DNA of 64,000 bases from Eledone cirrhosa (taxonomy: Eukaryota): assembly GCA_964016885.1 (NCBI GenBank), contig OZ024746.1, positions 73,160,001 to 73,224,000 on the forward strand, written 5' to 3'. Made by a program: the position numbers and the translations under genes. The notes under the pieces are model-generated. The model was given only the letters and a program-made list of their open reading frames with translations. It ran no database searches and was not told the origin of the DNA. Numbering within the stretch: the stretch's first letter is position 1; each line of letters opens with the position of its first letter. This document shows, piece by piece, positions 1 to 13,700 of the stretch.

Positions 1-90
1 AGGAGGACTATGTTGAAAAATAAACCTTATTTTGTCACATTCCATAAGAGTATCTTGGTCAGCCTCTAAACCTTTCAGTCGACCCTCGTA
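1..90 (+). mobile_element. 3' end of a mariner transposon (transposase C-terminus plus right TIR)
   Basis: Frame from nt 3 reads EDYVEK*, like the GDYVEK end of mariner transposases. The segment ends in ...CAGTCGACCCTCG-TA, the reverse complement of a TA-CGAGGG type TIR. Confidence 0.7.
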
Positions 91-534
91 TATATAGATA
101 TACAATAAAAGAAACGCTGGCTTTAACATCGATCCTTTCCAAAGAAATGCCAAACAATGAAGCTGCAATACTCTGAGACCTTTTCATACATTGGATTAAC
201 TGCTAACTCTTTATAAAAACAAAACAACCATACAACCAACATATACATTCTCAACAGAAGTGTTATAGAAGCCTAGTGCTAGTGTTGATAATAATAATTA
301 CGAAAATGAAACTGATGGTGGTGATAATGATGAAGATGATGATGAAGGCAATATTTGTGGTGGTGTTGGTGATAATGAGGATGATGGCGATGATGGCGAT
401 CACGATGACGATGATGATGATGATGATTTAGATCCTTAAGAGAACCAAGATATGAAATGTGAGTACAAGTAATGGAATACTTGTTGGTTTCGCAGTTTTT
501 AATGTGATTATAAGTATAATGTGGATAGGAGCAA

Positions 535-817
535 TGTTGGTGGTGATGATCCAAGGAGTGTCGGTGTTGGTTTGTGGTGGTGGTGTCTGTGGTTGGTGGC
601 TGCTAACCCTGGGTAGAGGTTGTTGTTGGTGGTGATGATTCAAGGAGTGTCGGTGTTGGTTTGTGGTGGTGGTGTCTGTGGTTCGTGGCTGCTAACCCTG
701 GGTAGAGGTTGTTGGTGGTGGTGATGATTCAAGGAGTGTCGGTGTTGGTTTGTGGTGGTGTCGCTGCGGTTGGTGGCTGCTAACCCTGGGTAGAGGTTGT
801 TGTTGGTGGTGGTGATG
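535..817. repeat. 89-bp minisatellite, about 3 copies
   Basis: CAAGGAGTGTCGGTGTTGG recurs at 552, 641 and 730. Confidence 0.9.
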
Positions 818-1226
818 GAGGCGTACAATGATATATGCATAGAACAAACCATTCATTCTATGCCACTCCACACCGAAATATCCATCAGCCACCAACACAG
901 CCCACTCACATATACACATTCTCAATAACATTTACAGACGTACATATACACTCACATACGCACACCCACACCAACACCAACACACCCACATTCACACGCA
1001 CATATACCGATACTAAATCATATGTGTGCATTCACACACACACACATACTCTCACGCTTACATTCGTATAAACACATACACTCGTACGTGCACATTCCCT
1101 CATAGACCACATTCATGCCCGAACTCTCACACACACACACACACGCGCACCGCACGCTTACATTTGCACATGTACACACGTGTACATTCCTTCACTCTCC
1201 ACATTCATACACACACACACGCGCAC

Positions 1227-1257
<31 letters not shown>

Positions 1258-1489
1258 TACACACACAGATATACACCCATATTCACGCACAAATACTCAC
1301 ACTGATGAACACATTCGGCACTCAACACACACTCTTTAATAACTCTCATACACACATATAAAAATCCACACATATAAACACACACACACATAAACACACA
1401 TAGATCATATTCAGTCACACAGCTCCTGAAAAACATGCACACCTACACCCCCTTTCAATCTCACACTCACTCATATATACTCAGTCACT

Positions 1490-1790
1490 CGATCAACTGA
1501 ATGTCCAACTCGTGGGTTGAGTATTCCACAGACACGTGTACCCTTCACGTGATTCCTAAGCTGAATCAGCGCAACACAATAGGTAACAAGCCTGGTCCTT
1601 TGAATTATAGGCAAAATCCATCAAACAGGTTTCCACACAGTGTCTGTCTACTTAGTTTCACTTACAAGCCTTGGACTAGTCTGAGGCTAGGGTAATGACA
1701 CTTGCCCAAGATGTTTTACCGTTGAATTAAACCAGGAACCTCATGATTGGAAATCGTATCTCTTAATCATTCACTCATGCCTGCGTGCGC
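1490..1790 (-). mobile_element. Diverged tRNA-derived SINE fragments (two families adjoining)
   Basis: 1505-1600 resembles the reverse complement of 35095-35160. GACACTTGCCCAAG at about 1697 is a CORE-like segment followed by a decayed tRNA-like head. Confidence 0.5.
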
Positions 1791-2411
1791 AAGATAAATA
1801 TAGCTAGAGCAGATAAATAACTCGAATATGTACGATAGCTCACGCACACACATCCACCCACGCATGCACTCACACTAAGAAATATATGAATACATTCACA
1901 TGCGCTCGTATATACATGTACACAGACACACATGTGAACACAAGCAGGCAGATGCTCTTACATGTCCACAGATAGACAAGCACTCGTGCACATACACACG
2001 GATACAGACACACATCCACTCAAACGCACTCACATACTCAATCACACATGCATACATACATATATCCACATAGGTACACACGAACACATACACATTTCCA
2101 CCCTTACACACATTGCATACAAGCATACATAAACCAAAAACACGATGAAAGGAACTAAAGAGGAAAGGAAAAGAGAAGAAAAGTCAAAAGAAATAAAATG
2201 AAGGAAAGAAAGAAAGGGAAAGAAAAAGGTAGAAAACAGAGGAAAATGGGAAAGAAAAAAACAAAAATAAAAGAGGAAAGAGAAGGAACGAAGAGAGAAA
2301 AAAATAAATGAAGAAAAACCGAATAAAATGTCTTAGATAAGCTGTATGAATTGTAATCTGCATTGAAAGAGGAATAACGATGGTTGAAAAATAAAGGGTT
2401 GGTTAACATTG

Positions 2412-2481
<70 letters not shown>

Positions 2482-2484
<3 letters not shown>

Positions 2485-3303
2485 TTTCTTTATTAACCAC
2501 AAGGGTTTACATAAAGTAGACATTAAGGACAGTGCAGGACAATGCAGGACGGTACAAATGGGCATTTCTGCGTGTAAAAAAACAAAAATAGAGGATGTAA
2601 CAAAAATAACAATGAAAATAACAATGAAAAATTCCCCAATAGGGGGGAGACTTCGGAGGAACATTTGTGGAGAAAGCCCAGTAAAAAGCCACAATGACCC
2701 TGACCACCAAGGCAAGTGCCCTCTCCCAGTTTTCCACCTTTAGTTTACAGATATATACTCAGAGTCGGCCCATTCACTCGGGCCATTCTTGCTTCTCTCA
2801 CCCATCTTTCAACAATAATAATAATGATTTCTTTATTGGCCACAAGGGCTGACATCAAGAAAAACATTACAGACGGCACAGGACGGTACAGGACGGTACG
2901 ATGTGGGTTTTGTGCGTGTAAATATTTTTATTATTTATATAAGAAAAGAAAAAAAAGGACATAGAAACATATATATATATAAACAATAAAAATGAAAATT
3001 TAAACAATGAAAAATTCCCCAATATGGGGGAAACCTCCGAAGAGAAAAATGTCTGTCTTTAACCCTTTTAACCTTGTCCACCACACAATAGCTTTCGCCA
3101 TGGCCACCAGGCAGATGAAAACCGCCTGCCCTTCCTCCTCGAAGGAAGACGGCGAGACCATCTGCACAATGGACTCAGTCGACAACCGGATCAGTCCCAC
3201 ACGCGACAGCAACTGTTCGACATAGCTCCACAAGTCAGCAATGCTCGGGCACTGAACGAGTGCGTGCACAACGGCTTCGTCGCTCTGCGCGCATCTCGGA
3301 CCG
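2482..3303 (-). mobile_element. Two tandem 5'-truncated Tx1/L1-clade LINE 3' ends
   Basis: 2482-2812 is the near-exact reverse complement of 44330-44652. 2826-3303 encodes PRCAQSDEAVVHALVQCPSIADLW...WWTRLKGLK, matching the ORF2 C-terminus at 43751-44263. Each ends in AATAAAGAAATC followed by (ATT)n. Confidence 0.9.
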
Positions 3304-4217
3304 ATAGTAAGGAGCCAATGCTCAGAATTGTACTGAAGGAGAGGACAATAGACCAGGGGATGTCCAAGGAGGAAATAACAACGAGGAGAAAGAGCAACCT
3401 TCATGAAAAATCCCTTCATAGTACCTTCTTTGAGAAAACAGAATTCAGAGATCCACAGACATGGAACTGGTTGAGAAGAGGAGACCTTAAAAAGGCTACA
3501 GAAGGAATGCTAATGGCTGCGCAAGAGCAGGCCCTCAAAACGAAGTGGCTGAAACACCATATTTACAAGGAGGAGGCTAGCCCACTGTGCAGGATCTGTG
3601 GAGAGAGAGGAGACTGTGGTTCACATTGTATCCGAGTGTAAACACCTAGCCCAGACTCACTATAAAGGCTGGAGACATGATGTGATGGGCAGGGTGATCC
3701 ACTGGCACCTATGCAAAGTAAACAATTTACCACATTCTGAGAAGTGGTATGAGCATAAGCCAGAGTCGGTGATAGAAAACGATCAGGTGAAGGTGCTATG
3801 GGATTTTAGGATACAGACGGACAAGAAACTGGAACACAATAGACCTGACCTGGTGGTTTTGGACAAGGAAAAAAGATCGTGCCTGATTGTGGATGTGGCC
3901 TGCCCATTCGACACGAGAGTGCAAGAGAAGGAGAGGGAGAAAATTAACCGATACCAGGACTTAAAGTGGGAGGTAAAAAGGATTTGGAACTGCCATGAAG
4001 TCAAAGTGGTCCCGATTGTCATAGGCGCACTAGGTACTATCTCCAAAAGTTTCCAGGGATGGTTAAAGAAAATTGGCCCCGCCCGGTTTTTGGAACACTT
4101 CAAAAGGCATGCTTGCTGGGAACAGCAAGAACTCTCCGATACGAGGCTGCAGGTAGTGGCTTGATATTCATTTCAACAAACTTTCCAGTTAACTAACATC
4201 AATGAATGAGACTCAAA

Positions 4218-4251
<34 letters not shown>
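3300..4251 (+). mobile_element. 5'-truncated R4/Dong-like RLE non-LTR retrotransposon, frameshifted
   Basis: ORFs 3264-3641 and 3598-4164 carry a CRICGEREETVVHIVSEC zinc knuckle, RHD, and a RPDLVV..IVDVACP..EK restriction-like endonuclease. A short 3' UTR is followed by (TAA)n, the known Dong target type. Confidence 0.88.
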
Positions 4252-4573
4252 CACTTCTTTATTATTACTATTGCTGCTGTTGTTGTTATTGTTGTTAACC
4301 AGCCCTGTAACTTTGAACCATCGCTATTCAAAGATATAGAGGAAGTTAAAAATAATAACCATAATAATAATCACTCTATTTTTTGTTTTTCTTCTTTTCC
4401 TTCTTCTTACTTACCAATCCTATATCTCTGAAACACGTTATTCAAAGATAGAGTAGTGGTTAACAACATTAACAACAATAATAATGATGATTTCTCTTAT
4501 TTGCCACAAGGGTGACAAATAAAGTGATATTACTAGAACAAATTACAAAAACGATGACAGTTTTCGCAGAATC

Positions 4574-4605
<32 letters not shown>

Positions 4606-4608
<3 letters not shown>

Positions 4609-5017
4609 AAGTTTTATTTAAATTGTTGGGTTAACAACGAGTAAATATTTATAACTGATATAAAAGCACTCAACAAGTATTTGGAGTATATTTACGATAT
4701 TAAATAAATGGAAACTATATTTATAAAACCATATTTATTTCATTATATATATTTCAGGGATATCATATTAAAAATATGTTATGCCTTCCTCAGACAAAAT
4801 ACAATATAAACAGTCTTATAAATAGATAGATTCGACATACCTTTCAACATCGACTTCAATTTGAAGTCGATGTTGAAAGGTATGTCGAATCTATCGAATC
4901 CATTATTTTTGGAAGCCATCTGGATATCGTATATCTACTCCAAATACTTGTCGAGTGCTTTATATCAGTTATAAAAATATTTACTTGTTGTATCCCAACA
5001 ATTTTAAATAGAACTTT

Positions 5018-5020
<3 letters not shown>
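4606..5020. mobile_element. HHR-bearing PLE/retrozyme-like element (family A) as a fold-back between (TA)n tracts
   Basis: 4606-4700 is inverted at 4925-5020, with an inner palindrome at about 4826-4896. Homologous to 12705-13170, 55330-55510 and 60880-61141. Confidence 0.75.
4736..4801 (-). ncRNA. Type I hammerhead ribozyme, family A
   Basis: Minus strand: TATTTTGT CTGAGGA AGG..CCT GAAA TATATAT A ATGAAATA. Confidence 0.7.
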
Positions 5021-5082
<62 letters not shown>

Positions 5083-5119
5083 CACCATAAAAAGTTTGCA
5101 AAAAGTACGAAATAAGGCG

Positions 5120-6500
5120 TCCCTTTAGAGGAAAAGCCACCCAAAGCTTCCACAACACGCGAAAGAGCAGACGCTTCAGCTTACTCAGATGAAACACTAG
5201 GTAAAGTACTACAGTCAGATGTTTCTGGGTGAGAATGGTGGCAGTGTTTATACCCTCGTTCTAGTTTCTATTCATCTGTTGGCATGGAAGGAAGTAGACC
5301 TCAAGCATTATAAAATGATATTCAGTCAAACGACTAACGACATTAGCATCCATGGCCTGGTCAATGCGTACTTTTGTTTCCCTATTTCTTCTTTAGTGTG
5401 TCAACAATATGGATCTATGTGGTGCCTGACACCATGTATCGTATGAGGTGAAGGCTGTGACAGACAAATCTACTGGCAACCCTGCAAACATGTGCGCTTA
5501 TGACCATATTATCGACGATAAACCATTTTGGAAGTAGCTTGGTCAAATCTGTACATAGCATAATTAAAACCAGAAATTGGCGAATATGTCCCTATTGTTC
5601 CCATCCTTCCTTAACAGAGCCACAACTGAAAGCCTAACACAGCTATAAATATTTCCAGTTCGTTGCCAGTTACGCTAGACACCTGCTATTGAAGGGGAGA
5701 ACGAGTCCAACATTCATACAGAGATCCTAGAGCATATAATCCAAACTAAACAAATTGTCAATGCCACAACTACTCACCATCGATCGTACATCAACTGTCA
5801 TTATAGGACTTAGGAAACATTCCACATCTTCTGCGGAGAGTTGTAGCAGGGAGTCAAAGCAGACACAGAAATTAATTGTTTCCGGTCCATCACTACCAAA
5901 AAACAATTGAATAAAGTGTTTTCGAATTTTGTCGCCAGCAGAGAAAACTGCACAGTTAGTCTGGATCCTTTTAACTCTTTAGCATTTAAACCGGCCATAT
6001 CTGGCCAGAACTATCTCGCGTCCTTCTGTTCAAACCGGCCGTATTTGGCCGCTAACACCTACAATAAGGTATTGTTCTCAAAATAAATAACAAAAATCTC
6101 GTATGTGAGATAATTATGTAAGATAAAGCCTTTACTATGAAAACACAATAGTGAATATAGAATAATGTAAATTCTAAAGGGTTAACCACAAACAATTTTC
6201 AAAACTCTTGTCTACCTTTCTGGTTTGTATCCATTTTCACTCTACACTCACCTTTCTCCTCAAGTAGTACGCGAAAATCTAACTGGGGGCTTGACATGAC
6301 AAGAAAAGCTCTGTACTGAAACTTTTCATCCACGTCCACCATAAAGCTTCCTTCGCCAGAACCAGAAGACAGAAAATACCTGCTCTTCTTTGCCAAAGGA
6401 AGGAGGTAGCATAATAGCTGGATACACCCTGAACAACCGTTTGACATCTTACCACAAATCAGCAATGCACGGACACTGAATGATTGGTTGCCTTAACAAT
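5120..6500 (-). pseudogene. Highly degraded Tx1-like ORF2 pieces
   Basis: LSKLKRLLFRVLWK (about 5140-5190) and QCPCIADLW (about 6450-6480) match LERLLFRFLWK and QCPSIADLW of the Tx1 copies in this window. Confidence 0.6.
5975..6181. mobile_element. piggyBac-type MITE
   Basis: TTAA|CTCTTTAGCATTT...AATTCTAAAGGG|TTAA. Same family as 32354-32574, in opposite orientation. Confidence 0.75.
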
Positions 6501-6726
6501 TTTGTCATCTTGCACACATCTCGAACAGGTTTGATTACTGGCAGCCCGAACACCGACATGGCTGTAGATTTTATCCCGAACAAAGAATGTTTCACCCTTA
6601 ACAAACAATCTGTTTTATCCTTAACAGGCAATACGTTTCACCCGTTTTTTTGTTTTATTTTTGTTTTAATTTTTGTGTGTTTGTATTGCATGCTTGAAGA
6701 CCTGTGGTCAATAAATGAAGAATTAT

Positions 6727-7152
6727 TATTACCATTTGCTTTTCATAAATTCCGTGGTTGATAAAATAAAGTACGAGAATCAATATATTCAACTATACTC
6801 ACCCCCACCAAATTCTTGGCTTTGTGCCTATGTAAGAAACTATTATTACATGGTAACTTTGCCTTTCATCCTTACGGCGTCGATAAAATAAAGTACCAGT
6901 AATGCACTGGGTAATTGCTGGCCTTGTGACAAAAGTAGAAACAATTATTACTTATTCACGGTAGATTGGCAGTATCAGTAGAGGGTCGAACGCCATGCTT
7001 TGAAGTATAGAGTTACCTCCCTTTATGATCTGAGTTCAAATTCTACCGAGGTTAACTTTGCCTTTCATCCTTACGCGGTCGATAAAATAAAGTCCTAGTA
7101 ATGTACTGGGATAATTGCTGGCCTTGTGCCAAAAGTAAAAACAATTATTACT
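6727..7152 (+). mobile_element. Three tandem partial copies of a tRNA-derived SINE (family S1)
   Basis: Repeated TTTGCCTTTCATCCTTACGG.GTCGATAAAATAAAGTAC...GGCCTTGTG..AAAAGTAGAAACAATTATT; B-box GAGTTCAAATTC at about 7032. Confidence 0.8.
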
Positions 7153-7694
7153 TATTCACGAAGAATTAATATATATCCGTTCGCTTCAGAATATAACAAC
7201 AACAATAATAATAATAACAAAATAATGATGATGATGATAAAGTTCCTGCATAAGCAACTATTATAACTAATACAGCTACTAATAGTATTAGTTCCAGTAG
7301 CACTATTAGAGCCATCTCTCAAACCAATACGACTATAGCCACCATTATAAAAACTATAATGATAAATATGCATAAACAGAAACGAAGGAAGAAGAAAAAT
7401 CACTTCTCTGAAACGAAAAATAAATAAATCTATAAATAAAATACACCAAGAAGGACGACAGAAAACAACAACAAAATAAACAAATCTACTGTCCATATGT
7501 CAACAACAGCAGCAACAAGAAAATTATATTCTGTCCGTACTGTAACAACAAAATCAGCAGCAGTAGAAGCAGTAGCAGCAGCAACAGCAACAAAACAAGT
7601 ACATTATAGGCTCTCCGTACTGTAACACCAGCAGCAACAACAAACTCCACAAGTGTAATTCCTATGTAGCAATCATTACTACTACATCAGTAGC

Positions 7695-7695
7695 G

Positions 7696-7768
<73 letters not shown>

Positions 7769-7786
7769 TAATAATAATAACAATAA

Positions 7787-7817
<31 letters not shown>

Positions 7818-7821
7818 AATG

Positions 7822-7852
<31 letters not shown>
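7695..7852. repeat. (TAA)n microsatellite
   Basis: Direct reading. Confidence 0.95.
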
Positions 7853-7855
<3 letters not shown>

Positions 7856-9028
7856 TATTTAGGAAAAACATATATTTGTAAAGTAAGTAAATCGATTTTG
7901 CTTGATATTACAAATTCATTCGGTGGTGTCACCAATGAACGAGTGTATGCTTGGGATGATGGGAGTGATGTTGGTCGTATTAGTGGGCGGTGTTTTCGGG
8001 GGCGGCAACGTTAATGGGGGTTTGCGGAGGGGTTAACATGACAAGGGATATTATCTGCAATTATAGATATGATGCATTACATGAAGAGGAGGATTATAAG
8101 ATTATATACGGTATTTCATTCACTACATAACAGAAAATGAAGAAAAAGAAAGGAAAAGAGAGTCCGTGAATAAGTACATCCATACTTATGAATATATTTA
8201 AAAATTCATATATGGTCGCGTGTGTGTAAGTGTGTACGTGTATATATATATATATATATATGTGGATGGGTGTAATTGTAAGTAACTATATATCTTTGAA
8301 TAGATAGACATATACATTCTCTCTCACACACACATTATATATGCGCACATATACAGTCACACACACACATATATATATATATATGATCCAAGCAATAATC
8401 TAACGTGGTGTAATCATAATAAGCACTCAACGTCATAGGTATCCATAAAGGTATTACATATATAGTACCAGATGGAGTATCAATATTAAGTAAGAAGAAA
8501 ATATGGCTTTACATTTTCAGCATCAGTTTGACGACAATGTATTAAATAATTTTTACATAATGACATTTTATTGGCTTTGAAATATATGTGAAGGCGCATG
8601 TTTTAGGGGCTGGAACATGGGGCTTGCAATCGGGAGTTGAGAGTTCGATTCTCGGACTTTACCCTTTATATATATATATATATGAATATATTATTCCAAG
8701 AACACACAATCGAAACCCACCAGTGTAATATATTTCTGTTCCTAGAGCTTGAATGTACCGATCTGGAAGTTATTGTGACAATCCAAGGGCGTATTCTATG
8801 TAGGTTAAAGTAGAAGAGAAAAACCTCCTATCCATCTGAGAGGATACATATTTAATTAAGCTATACATTAAGATATATATATATATATAAGGATGATTTG
8901 TGAAGCCTTCAATACATTTATTTATTGGTGACGCGGGTTTCGCTATTGATCAGCTCAAGGTTCGATCTGTATCGATTTGGCCCGACTCTGGAATCAAAAG
9001 CTCGTCGAACACTGTTGTTGTAATGACA

Positions 9029-9113
<85 letters not shown>

Positions 9114-9114
<1 letters not shown>

Positions 9115-9409
9115 CATAAGAAACGGAGAATCAGTGGTGCGACGAATAAAATTTATTAGGCATATTACAATCGTTTCTCTGGCGACTAGCTCGAGGCACG
9201 ATCGATGCAATGATCGAACCTGACTCTGAAATCGCAAGGTCCTTAGATTCGTCTCGATTCTTCGAGAGAAACGATTGTAATATGTCTAATAAATTTTATT
9301 CGTCGCACCACTGATTCTCCGTTTCTTATGTGATATTATACTCTGCCCTGTAAAAGCATCGAGTGCTCAAACGGCCTACCGCATACGGACGCTTTAAGCA
9401 TCCCACACC

Positions 9410-9412
<3 letters not shown>
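9114..9412 (+). mobile_element. PLE-like fold-back with the 3' half of an HHR in each arm
   Basis: 9114-9180 is inverted at 9263-9330. The arm begins GAG-A-GAAAC GATT GTA ATATG. The tail carries GAGTGCT at 9361 and ends at (TA)n. Confidence 0.65.
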
Positions 9413-9453
<41 letters not shown>

Positions 9454-9982
9454 ATGGATTCCCGATGGGTATCGGGAGGTGACCACAGTTAAAAGAAATA
9501 TCCTATACTTTGGAAGACTGTAGGCATCTTTATTCTATATAAAAATATCTACAGGGATAGAACTGTCCCATTCGTATGAACTCATCCTAGAGGTGCAGAG
9601 AGAGCGAGAGCGAGAGAGAGAGCGAGGGAGAGAGAGAGAATAGATAGAGATAGAAATAGGTTGATACATATGCGTATTTTGTGGTGTAAGCCGATATAAA
9701 GGGCTACACACCTTCACATGAAACTGTAAACTTATAATTCGATAAAATAAATAAGAGAATGAAATAAGTATTTGGGGCAATACGATCCACTAAAACTGTT
9801 GTCTGTAGTACATTTTCTGGAATCAAACAGTAATGTTTATATATATTCACTGCGCACACCGAGAGAGACATACACAGCCACACACACATACACATACACT
9901 CATACATACACACACACGCATTATCCGTTGGTCTCGAAAGTCCATGGATCTGCACCTGCAGAATTTTGTGTTTATACATACA

Positions 9983-10025
<43 letters not shown>

Positions 10026-10073
10026 CTCAACCGCCATACCGACTATGGACGCATCCAAGCAACCCTACAACAA

Positions 10074-10151
<78 letters not shown>

Positions 10152-10207
10152 CTCAAACGGCATACCGACTATGGACGCAACCAAGCAACCCTACTACAAA
10201 TATATAC

Positions 10208-10298
<91 letters not shown>

Positions 10299-10793
10299 CA
10301 CACACACATGCACGCATACACATGCACATGCACATGTACACATATATATCTATATATGCATGTTCTCGTGTTTATGTGGTTACTTTTGTGTAAATTCTTT
10401 GTGCTCGTACACTGATGTGTTTATAAATCTAAGAAATTTGAACAGTTGTATGTAAAACAACACATGAATGGGTTCATGTGAGTATTCTCTGTATGTAGTT
10501 ATGTGAATCCCAGATTATTTACATAAAAGCTAGAAAAAAATCAATTTCAATCAGATTCGATTAATGTTTAGGACAAAAATATTTTCCTCCAAGTTATCTG
10601 TTATTGATTTTGCTCACAAAAGAAACCTTTTTTTCCATCCGTAAGTCGGCTATGATTACCAGTGGAAATATGTGAAGGTGTATGAAAGTGGGCTGTGTAT
10701 TTGCTTCTTTGGTTGGTTGGTTATGTAATAAAGATTAGAGTATATTTGGAAGAGGGACCTGATATCTGAGGATGGGTCGGTAGTATTTTATAT

Positions 10794-10911
<118 letters not shown>

Positions 10912-11041
10912 GAGTTAAGCAAGGCTCAATGAGTATATCAGAGAATGAGTTTTACAGTAGATTGAGGATGTACTGTACCTCCGAAATATGTAAAATAAAA
11001 TGTAATTGATCAAAAGAACATCTATTTTATTAATATTTGTA

Positions 11042-11100
<59 letters not shown>

Positions 11101-11102
<2 letters not shown>

Positions 11103-11287
11103 CTCCGACGGCAGAGCTCAACCCGTTTCGACGGCTATTTCTGGACGACTAGTCCAGAAATAGCCGTCGAAACGGCTTGAGCTCTGCAATCGGGGTCAAA
11201 CATTTTCCTATTACCCACTCTACTACCCTAAGTATTGAGTACTCTGGTGCATTATGATCCTTCTGGTTCCTTACCACACCTCCTTCG

Positions 11288-11290
<3 letters not shown>
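11101..11290 (+). mobile_element. PLE-like fold-back (family B) centred on HHR stem II
   Basis: GACGGCTATTTCTGGAC-GACTA-GTCCAGAAATAGCCGTC flanked by TTTC and GAAAC. Flanked by (TA)n. Second copy at 55113-55303. Confidence 0.7.
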
Positions 11291-11384
<94 letters not shown>

Positions 11385-11638
11385 TATATACTGGACGAGC
11401 ATTCCCCAGCTACTACTATATTCCACTTACGGTATTCCACTTATCTAGATCTTCATCGGGAACATTTCTGATTTCTATCTACAGAAGAAATGATTGAAAG
11501 TACTGATTTCAGCCGAACAAAAACTATTGCAATAACCCCCCCCCCCTCCATATATATATATATATATATATATTCATATATAATATATCTTTATATACAC
11601 ATAGAGGCATACACACATATACGCACGTACATACTCAC

Positions 11639-11744
<106 letters not shown>

Positions 11745-12249
11745 AATTAGTATATCTACCAACATATATATACAGATGCATACCTATGCTAGCAAATATA
11801 TAGGTTTTGTCTTAGTAACTTTGTGGTTCAATCCAAGGGGATGCAGAACAATTATATGAAAGACGTAAAATAAGAAAATTATAAAAATTAACTTACTTAC
11901 TAAAATTTCACTCCAACTAATTAGTTTCTGAAAGGGAATAAACATGGTTACCGAATGGAACCCATGGAGAATACCTTTCGTCATCTGGAAGTCAATTCTC
12001 AGCTAAGTTCCCAGGCGATGCGTGGACACAGGGAACTTATACAAAAATAATTCAGTGGATGGAAAAAAGCAAGCGAGGACTAAATTCCAGGACATTGAAA
12101 AAATCACTGCCTACTTGGTTGGTGGCAAATTCAAAAGAATCAATCACGTGACATCGAGGTTAATCAGTGAGGAGTGGGGTGTTAATAAGTGGGGTGTTAT
12201 AAAGAATTAGTAGATATACTAATTCTTTATAATTATCTCCAAATTATTA

Positions 12250-12638
12250 CACACACACACACACACACACACGTACACCTACACACACACACCACCTTCA
12301 GCCCTCCCCGCTCGGACACCCCGCCTCCCTCTCCCCACTCCACCCGCCACCACCCCTACACGCCCCATGTTTTACTTCATGTTTATTTTTATTTTTATTT
12401 TTATTATGCTTTTATATTTAATTTCATTTGTACCGTTTCCTCACCCCCCCCCCCCCTTTTCTATATGTCTCTCCACCACTCCCCTACACACCCTTGGAAC
12501 TCTCTTCCCACACACTTTTCACCTGAAGAAGGGCTTATGCCCGAAACGTCGTTCCCCACCACCACCCCACTCTCAAGAGCGTGAAACTAATAAACCTTTG
12601 TTCGTACTGCCTCTCTGTTTTGTTCCCGTTCAATTTTT

Positions 12639-12642
<4 letters not shown>
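12250..12642 (+). mobile_element. 3' fragment (pLTR) of Neptune-like PLE family C with minimal HHR at 12521-12552
   Basis: AC CTGAAGA A GGGC TTAT GCCC GAAAC GTC GT. Homologous to 46965-47418. Lies between (CA)n and (TA)n. Confidence 0.8.
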
Positions 12643-12704
<62 letters not shown>

Positions 12705-12708
<4 letters not shown>

Positions 12709-13166
12709 GCAAAAGTTTTATTTAAAATTGTTGGGTTACAACGAGTAAATATTTTATAACTGATATAAAGCACTCAACAAGTTTTGGAGTAGATATACGA
12801 TATTAAACAAATGGAAACTATATTTATAAAACCATATCTATTTCATTATACATATTTCAGGGATACCATATTAAAAATATGGCATGCCTTCTTCAGATAA
12901 AATACAATATATAAGCAGTTTTATAAATAAATTTGACGTACCATAAATATTGATCAACTTCCATTTGAGAAGTTGGTTTGCTACCAAACCAACTTCTCAA
13001 ATGGAAGTTGATCAATATTTATGGTACGTCAAATTTATTTATAAAACTGCTTATATATTGTATTTTATCTGAAGAAGGCATGCCATATTTTTAATATGGT
13101 ATCCCTGAAATATGTATAATGAAATAGATATGGTTTTATAAATATAGTTTCCATTTGTTTAATATC

Positions 13167-13170
<4 letters not shown>
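12705..13170. mobile_element. Family A element with near-perfect 375-bp palindrome (12796-13170, centre about 12982)
   Basis: The arms are reverse complements. HHRs lie at 12839-12904 (-) and 13061-13126 (+). (TA)n on both sides. Confidence 0.85.
13061..13126 (+). ncRNA. Type I hammerhead ribozyme, family A
   Basis: TATTTTAT CTGAAGA AGG-C-ATGCCA..TGGTAT-C-CCT GAAA TATGTAT A ATGAAATA. Mirror copy at 12839-12904 (-). Confidence 0.75.
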
Positions 13171-13214
<44 letters not shown>

Positions 13215-13499
13215 GGCTCGCTAGAGTTAATTGCTCAACCATCCAGTCCAGCATAAGAGATATCTAGCATATGATTTGAATTCCATACATTTCCTGAAGA
13301 ATTTTTCAAGTTAACAAAATAGCTTTATCTGGGATCAAACATGCGGAATAGATATTGGTTCACCCCATTAATTGTATTAATGCGTGTTGAAATGGTAGCA
13401 TTTACTCGACTGTAACTCAACTCCATACAAACTTATCTTAAAGATCGACTCTATTCGAATAGATCGTATTGTTACAATGTGAAAGGTTTATAATTACAG

Positions 13500-13700
13500 T
13501 ATCAGTAGAACGTCGGACAACATGCTTTACGGCTTATAGTTACGGTTCTTTATGTTCTGAGTTCAAATCCCGTTGAGGTTAGCTTTACCTTTCCTCCTTA
13601 CGGTGTCGATAAAATAAAGTATCAGTAACGCACTGGGTTCGATATAATCGACTTTTCCCTCCACCAAAAATGTTGGCCTAGTGTTTCTAAGATAAGACAT
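13500..13700 (+). mobile_element. SINE family S1
   Basis: GAGTTCAAATCCC B-box plus GTCGATAAAATAAAGT body. Further diverged copies at about 14985-15110 and 23510-23640. Confidence 0.75.

Noticed and set aside
535-817. CRISPR-like or telomeric array (contains CTAACCCT)
   Set aside because: Units are contiguous 89-bp tandem repeats with no unique spacers, only one TAACCC per unit, and no cas genes. The context is eukaryotic.
1302-1330. Isolated CTGANGA matches (for example 1302, 10766, 35844, 38592, 52028)
   Set aside because: No matching stem II, GAAA, NUH and stem I pairing found.
12796-13170. All palindromes as amplification or assembly artefacts
   Set aside because: Not adopted as a general explanation. 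Several have diverged arms (44697, 56470, 61832), and family B folds at the same point at two loci. The perfect ones still need read-level confirmation.
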